This document shows, piece by piece, positions 58,809 to 64,000 of a DNA stretch of 64,000 nt; within the stretch, counting starts at the first letter, position 1, and each line of letters begins with the position of its first letter. Both the position numbers and the translations under genes were made by a program. Source of the DNA: an uncultured Spirochaetota bacterium (GTDB taxonomy: Bacteria; Spirochaetota; Spirochaetia; SZUA-6; CAVTHK01); contig CAVTHK010000001.1 of assembly GCA_963734495.1 (NCBI GenBank), forward strand, positions 288,001 through 352,000, read 5' to 3'. The notes beneath the pieces were generated by a model that searched no databases, had not been told where the DNA came from, and worked only from the letters and a program-made list of their open reading frames with translations.

Positions 58809-61706
58809 GTGACCGCAGGCGGCAGCGCCGGCCGCGCGAGACCGCGATCGACGCCGTTCGCAGGCCGGCAGAAGGAGCTCGACGCGCTTGCCGGCGCGCT
58901 CGGCTCGGCGAGTGCCGGCGAAGGCGGGGTCGTTCTCATCCATGGCGAGGCCGGCATCGGCAAGACGCGGCTCGCCCGGGAGTTCGCGCGGCTGGCGGAG
59001 CAGCAAGGCGCGGTGGTTCTCTGGGGCAACTGCTACGAGGATGAAGGCGCCCCGCCCTACCGGCCATGGGCCGAGATCGTCGCCGCGTACCTGGATCGCG
59101 CGGGGCTCGAGACTGCGCGCCTTCACATGGGGGACGGTGCCGCCGACCTGGCCGAAATAGCTCCCGCCGTCCGCCTTGCGATGCCGGATCTGCCGACGCC
59201 GCCCCGCATCGAGCCTTTCTCGGGCAGACCCGAAGAACTGGGTCAGATGCGATACCGTCTCGCCGACTCGATGGAGCGGTTCTTGGGCGCTGCCTCGACC
59301 GCGAGGCCTCTGTTGCTGGTCTTCGACAGCCTCCAGTACTGCGACCGCGCCTCGCTCTGGATGCTCGAGCTCGTCGCGCAGGACGCGGCGGCTCATCGCA
59401 TGCTCATCATCGCCACCTATACCGAACGCGAGGCGCAGCAGCGTTCTCTGGAGACTCTCGGTGAGCTTGATAAACTGCCGTGGTCGCACCGGGTCCGCGT
59501 CGGCGCGCTCGGACGCGACGAGGTCGACAGCCTCGTCAGACAGACGCTCGGCAGCGCGGCGGAGCCGGGCCTGCTCGAAGAGATCTGGAGGAAGACTGAA
59601 GGCGTTCCACTGTTCGTCAGCGAAGCTCTCAAATGCCTCGCAGGCCGCACCCTGGAGGGGGCCGCCTGGGAGACCGAAGTCGCCGGCATGGTCAGGGCCG
59701 CGGTCAGCCGCAGGCTGAACAAGATGCCCGACGAGCACCGCGATCTGCTCGCGGCGGCCGCGGTCCTGGGTCGCGAGCTCACGCCGCACGAGCTGGCGTC
59801 GGTCGTGCAGCGGGACCCGGCCTTCGTCGAGCACGCTCTCGACGATTCGGTGTCGCTCGGCATCGTCGACGAGGTCGGGCCGGCCCGGTACAGGTTCACT
59901 CACGACCTGGTGCAGGAAGCAGTCGCAGGGCTCCTCTCCGCGGGCGCTCGCGCCGACCTGCACATGCGAATCGGGCGTACGCTCGAACGGCTGCGCAAAG
60001 ACGGCGAGGCTGTCGACGCGAGCCGAATCGCCCATCACCACCGTCTCGCGGGAGACACGGGCCGCGCTGGCCTGGTCAGGTGGGCAGCACAGGCCGGAGA
60101 GGATGCCCTTGCGGCCCGCGCACCGGAGAACGCAGTGAGCGCCTTCGACACGGCGCTGGCTCGCCTGCCCGCTGACAGCAGCGAGGGCGCGCAGCTGCTG
60201 CTGCGCAAGGCGTACGCCCTGGTGCTGCTCGGCCGCGACGACGAAGCCTCGGTGTGCGTCGAGCGTGCATTCGCTTGCAGCGTCGCAGTGGCCGACATCG
60301 CGGGGATCGTGGACGCGGCCGAGTTTCCTTTCCTGTCCCTGCCTTTGTTGCGAAGGCAGGCGCTCGCCCTGGTCGCCCCCGACTCGCGCGGCTGGGCTCG
60401 CATCGCCAGCCGTCTCATCATCAACATGAACGAGATCTCCTCAGACGCGGAGTGCGCGCGCCTCTACAGGAAGTCGATCGCCATCGCGCGGCGGGAGGGC
60501 GACCGCGCGTTGGAGCTGGTCGCGCTGCGGTCGGGCGCGTGGATCGATCACTACAGGATCCGACCATGGTGGCACCCCCGGGCCATGGAGCGCGGGATCG
60601 AGCTCAGCCGCGAGCTCGGCGACCTCTGGATAGAGGCGTGGCTGAGGACCATGGCTGCGTGGGAGGCATTGTACGTCGGCAACGCGACGCGGGCCCGCGA
60701 GCACGCGGCGCGCCTCGCCGAAGCGGCCAAAGAGCTGTGCAATCCTGCGTTCCACAGCAGGGCGGCCAGCGCGGCCGTGGTGATCCACGCGGCAGCCGGC
60801 GAGTGGAAAGCCTGCAGCGAAATCCTCGAGCCGCGACTCGCGCGTGGAGAGACCAATCCGATTCTGCTTTCGCAAGCGGCCCTCTTCCACACTCAGGTCG
60901 GGGAGATCGAGCGAGCGAAAGAGCTTCTGGAGACGCTCGCATTGCTCGACGAGCGGCGTGCGATCCGTGCGGTTGGTCCCGCATTCAACTCGCTGTATCA
61001 GTCGCGGGCAGCGTGCGCGGCCTGGGCTGCGTTTGCACGGGTGGCGGGCGGCGACCGCGAGCTGAGCATGGCGGAACAGCTCGCCCACGCCATCCTCCAA
61101 TCCGACCAGCGGCCGGAATTCCGAGCATATGCGCGGCTTGCCCTCGCCCTGGCGGCCCTGCAAGAGCACGACATGCGGGAGCTGGAAACGCAGCTCGCCA
61201 ACGAGCTCTTGATCGGGCCCTGCTACCTCTCGGTCTGGGCGATGATGGTTGTCGATCGCGTCAGGGCGCTCTGCGCGGCAGCACTCGGGCGGGACGAGGA
61301 GGCGCGCACGTACTTCCAGAGCGCCTACGACTTCTGCCGCAACGCCGGCTACAGACCGGAGCTGGCATGGACCTGCTATGACTGGGGCTGCTTCGACAAA
61401 GACCGCAGCCCCGCGTTGCTGGACGAAGCCGCTGGGATAGCCGCCGATCTGGGCATGAAGCCTCTCGCTCAGCGGATACAGCAGCGGCAGGCGCACGAGG
61501 CGCTGCCTCGCGCCGACCGCCTCACGCAGCGGGAAATCGAAGTGGTCCGCTTCGCGGCTGCGGGCAAGGCCAACAAGGAGATCGCCGACGCCCTCTGCAT
61601 CAGCTACCACACCGTGGTCAACCACCTCAAGAGCATCTACCGCAAGACCGGAGTCCATAGCCGCGCAGCCCTGGCGACCTGGGCGGCCCGGCGTCTCACG
61701 AGATAG
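58809..61706 (+). CDS. Large ATP-binding LuxR-family regulator (AAA ATPase, helical region, LuxR HTH)
   Basis: FAGRQKEL, GEAGIGKT, TEGVPLF and YRFTHDLV; C-terminal LTQREIEV...NKEIADALCIS..TV..HLKSIYRK. Confidence 0.88.
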   Translation: MTAGGSAGRARPRSTPFAGRQKELDALAGALGSASAGEGGVVLIHGEAGIGKTRLAREFARLAEQQGAVVLWGNCYEDEGAPPYRPWAEIVAAYLDRAGLETARLHMGDGAADLAEIAPAVRLAMPDLPTPPRIEPFSGRPEELGQMRYRLADSMERFLGAASTARPLLLVFDSLQYCDRASLWMLELVAQDAAAHRMLIIATYTEREAQQRSLETLGELDKLPWSHRVRVGALGRDEVDSLVRQTLGSAAEPGLLEEIWRKTEGVPLFVSEALKCLAGRTLEGAAWETEVAGMVRAAVSRRLNKMPDEHRDLLAAAAVLGRELTPHELASVVQRDPAFVEHALDDSVSLGIVDEVGPARYRFTHDLVQEAVAGLLSAGARADLHMRIGRTLERLRKDGEAVDASRIAHHHRLAGDTGRAGLVRWAAQAGEDALAARAPENAVSAFDTALARLPADSSEGAQLLLRKAYALVLLGRDDEASVCVERAFACSVAVADIAGIVDAAEFPFLSLPLLRRQALALVAPDSRGWARIASRLIINMNEISSDAECARLYRKSIAIARREGDRALELVALRSGAWIDHYRIRPWWHPRAMERGIELSRELGDLWIEAWLRTMAAWEALYVGNATRAREHAARLAEAAKELCNPAFHSRAASAAVVIHAAAGEWKACSEILEPRLARGETNPILLSQAALFHTQVGEIERAKELLETLALLDERRAIRAVGPAFNSLYQSRAACAAWAAFARVAGGDRELSMAEQLAHAILQSDQRPEFRAYARLALALAALQEHDMRELETQLANELLIGPCYLSVWAMMVVDRVRALCAAALGRDEEARTYFQSAYDFCRNAGYRPELAWTCYDWGCFDKDRSPALLDEAAGIAADLGMKPLAQRIQQRQAHEALPRADRLTQREIEVVRFAAAGKANKEIADALCISYHTVVNHLKSIYRKTGVHSRAALATWAARRLTR

Positions 61707-61886
61707 CCATCCCCCTAGAACACGGCATCCTCTCCTGCGCCACGCCCTCGCGCCGATTGACTAGCTTCCGGCATTTCGCCACGCCCCTGCCCCCTTCGAC
61801 GCTTTGCGTGTCGGAGGTGGGACATGGCAGCAGTCTGCACAAGCGTCTTTCACACGCAAACGGTCGCCCGCTCAAGCGCGCCGCGC

Positions 61887-62633
61887 ATGTCGGACAAGAG
61901 GCTTCTCACGCTCAAGGCGGTGCTGATGGTGGTGGCAGTGAGCGCGCTGCTGTGCGCGAGCCAGGTGCGCGCGGTGCAGGCCTGGGGGTCGCTGACCAAC
62001 GAGTGGCAGGGCGTCTCGATCCGGTACCCGAAACACTGGTGGGCCAAGAAAGAAGGCATCTGCCTCGCGACCGTCATCAGCGAGAGCAAGGGCGACCACA
62101 TGCAGATCTCGCCTGCGCTCGCGCCGGCTCCCCTCGGTGTCCAGGTCCGCATCGAGCGCGTCGCGGCTGTCGAGCTGGGCGTATCTCCCTCGATTTCGCC
62201 GGAGACGCTCGCGCGGGCGGCAGCGCGCTACATCGGCGTCGAACACGCCGATGCCTCTCGCAGGACAGCGCTCATGGACCGCCCGGCGATCGAGCTGTCG
62301 GGGCCGAGGCCGGGCGGATGGGGGGCGGTCATCGCGGTCGAGGATGGCGACACCGTAGTGCTGCTGCAGGTCGCGGCCCCGTCACAGTCGGCGCTCGAGA
62401 CAGCCCGAGCGACGTGGCGCGCGATTGCAGCGAGCGTTCGCCCGGTGCCGGTCCGCAGCAACGCCGACCTGAGCTGGCCGCCGGCGGATCCCTCCGATCC
62501 TGGCTGGGGACCAGGGGAGGAGAACGGCCCGCTGACTCTAGCGACGCTCGAAGCGCTCCACCTCCTCCATGGCGATGCGCGCCCAGTCCCAGAGGCGGCG
62601 GGGCTCGTAGCGCACGGTGGAGATGTCCTTTAG
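61887..62633 (+). CDS. Hypothetical exported protein, possibly truncated
   Basis: Signal-peptide-like N-terminus from ATG 61887 (ORF open from 61824); last 96 nt overlap the convergent gene. Confidence 0.45.
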   Translation: MSDKRLLTLKAVLMVVAVSALLCASQVRAVQAWGSLTNEWQGVSIRYPKHWWAKKEGICLATVISESKGDHMQISPALAPAPLGVQVRIERVAAVELGVSPSISPETLARAAARYIGVEHADASRRTALMDRPAIELSGPRPGGWGAVIAVEDGDTVVLLQVAAPSQSALETARATWRAIAASVRPVPVRSNADLSWPPADPSDPGWGPGEENGPLTLATLEALHLLHGDARPVPEAAGLVAHGGDVL

Positions 62634-63812
62634 AATGGCTTCAACGTAGAGGCCGCGCGTGGCCTGCAGAGCCTCGGCGAGCTCGGCGCGGGCGCGCTCC
62701 GGGTGCCACTCATGCTCGGCCAGCACCGCGGGGCTCGGCTTGCGGGAAAAGACGTAGTCGGTCCCCACGACCTTCGCCGCGCGCTCGAGCCGGACCCACG
62801 GGCTCATGGAGATCTTGCGCAGGCGGGGGATGCGGCGCAGGATCTCCATCTTCCCGTCGAGCTGCTCGCAGCAGCCGTAGTAGTTGAGGCCCCACCGCTC
62901 GAGCCACGGGATGTCGTGGCGCAGCGCGAACTCCCAATGCATCTCGGGCGAGACCTCGGAGAAGATCTGGGCGTTCGAGCAGCCCCACATGTCGGCGGGT
63001 CGCACGCGCGCCGGGTCGTAGCCCGCGGCCGGAAGCGCGCCGGTGTAACCGTAGCCGCCGGAGCCCACGCGCGTGTTGTTGCTGCCGAGCGAGAGAAGGT
63101 TCAGCCGCTCGTACTGCTCGAGCTCCTTGAGCGATGCTTCGACAAAGCGCGAGACGAACGCGTTGACCATCTCCGGCCGGTCGATGAGGTCGACCATCGC
63201 CTCCTCGACGCCCCACACGCGAATCAGGTTGTCCCAGGGCGTGAACCAGAAGTGTTTGCGGCCTGCCTTGCGCACGTCGATGACGTCGCCGAAGATGTGA
63301 CGCATCGTCTGGAGCGCGAGCTCGGTGCGCGCCTCGTCGTGGGTCACGACGGGGTCCCTGATGATGCGGACGTCCTCGGGCTCGCGAATCTGGATATGGA
63401 AGTGGCGCGACACCACCGGGTTCCGCTCATCGGTGCGGACGACGTCCACCTGCTCCTCCACCCCGAGACCGGTGCTGGAGATCGCAAGCGGGCACTCGAT
63501 GTAATCGCTGACGATCATGTCGACGGGCATGTGGCGCCACTGGTAGAGCGTCTGCCGCAGCCGCTCCTCGAGCTCCCGCGCCCACGCGTCGCTGCAGCGC
63601 AGGCTGAGCTCGTCGTCGACGTTCATCTCGTGCCACGGGATCTCCGTGATCCAGACCATCGGGCGGACGGGCTGAAGGTCGTTCAGGCGGCGCCACATAA
63701 CGGCCTTCTCCCGGTGGACGTCGAGACGCGCGACGGCCGCGGTCTCTTCGCCGAGGCGGCGCAGCGTTTCGACATCCGCCCGAGGCAGCTTGAGGACGGA
63801 TGTGCGTGTCAC
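62538..63812 (-). CDS. Uroporphyrinogen decarboxylase/methyltransferase-like superfamily hypothetical protein
   Basis: GVEEAMVDLIDRPE, SEVSPEMHWEF, YYGCCEQL, ISMSPW and RKPSP motifs; GTG start with GAGGA RBS. Confidence 0.7.
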   Translation of the reverse strand: MTRTSVLKLPRADVETLRRLGEETAAVARLDVHREKAVMWRRLNDLQPVRPMVWITEIPWHEMNVDDELSLRCSDAWARELEERLRQTLYQWRHMPVDMIVSDYIECPLAISSTGLGVEEQVDVVRTDERNPVVSRHFHIQIREPEDVRIIRDPVVTHDEARTELALQTMRHIFGDVIDVRKAGRKHFWFTPWDNLIRVWGVEEAMVDLIDRPEMVNAFVSRFVEASLKELEQYERLNLLSLGSNNTRVGSGGYGYTGALPAAGYDPARVRPADMWGCSNAQIFSEVSPEMHWEFALRHDIPWLERWGLNYYGCCEQLDGKMEILRRIPRLRKISMSPWVRLERAAKVVGTDYVFSRKPSPAVLAEHEWHPERARAELAEALQATRGLYVEAILKDISTVRYEPRRLWDWARIAMEEVERFERR

Positions 63813-64000
63813 GGTTTTATCCTCAGCACGAACGCGTGCTCGCACGGCTTGCGCTCGGGCAGCTTGGCGTGCAGCCCGTTGCCGCGCACGCTCCAGCGCA
63901 GCGGCTCCCCGCACCCGAGCAGCTCCACGGAGCCGACGGGCTTCTCGTGGAGCCGCAGGTCCGTGCCGAGCGACCGGATCACGGCCTCGCCGCCCTCGGG
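63809..64000 (-). CDS. C-terminal end of a probable GH29 alpha-L-fucosidase; runs off the window edge
   Basis: Manual translation PEGGEAVIRSLG...VGSVELLGCGEPLRW...GLHAKLPERKPCEHAFVLRIKP*, resembling the fucosidase C-terminal beta domain; GTGA overlap with the next gene. Confidence 0.65.
   Translation of the reverse strand, partial: PEGGEAVIRSLGTDLRLHEKPVGSVELLGCGEPLRWSVRGNGLHAKLPERKPCEHAFVLRIKP

Overview
High-GC bacterial window. The SBP N-termini (LAFASGSSE, GVWAGGTTE) suggest Spirochaetia, which is an inference. It is gene-dense and mostly accessory carbohydrate and redox metabolism. In order it holds: a CUT1 sugar/glycerophosphodiester ABC operon with GDPD; a heterodimeric ABC exporter; menA and galE; an AmmeMemoRadiSam-type radical SAM gene coupled to an atypical TrxB-like flavoprotein; a 1353-aa lipoprotein with 9 Ig/CARDB-like repeats; GGDEF and PAS-GGDEF-EAL proteins; and a 14.5-kb minus-strand L-fucoside/L-galactoside-type utilisation cluster. 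That cluster has an Opp-type ABC importer, GH29, LacI, AKR, Zn-dehydrogenase, a GH151-like hydrolase and an aminotransferase, behind a clear promoter and LacI-type operator. Three TA-type modules (HEPN+MNT, fused HEPN-MNT, VapBC) and a LuxR-AAA regulator are also present. Most unusual features: a 5 x 48-bp spacer-less array of GGA-loop hairpins inside the fucoside operon (CsrA-site-like); a GH29 fucosidase with a ~120-aa histone-H1-like basic N-terminal tail; a secreted orphan protein with an ApbE-type flavinylation motif; and a HEPN-MNT single-ORF fusion. At least seven frameshifts in five otherwise intact genes point to assembly indel errors, so fusions and odd starts need read-level checks. 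I recognised no rRNA, tRNA, CRISPR-Cas, transposase or integrase.
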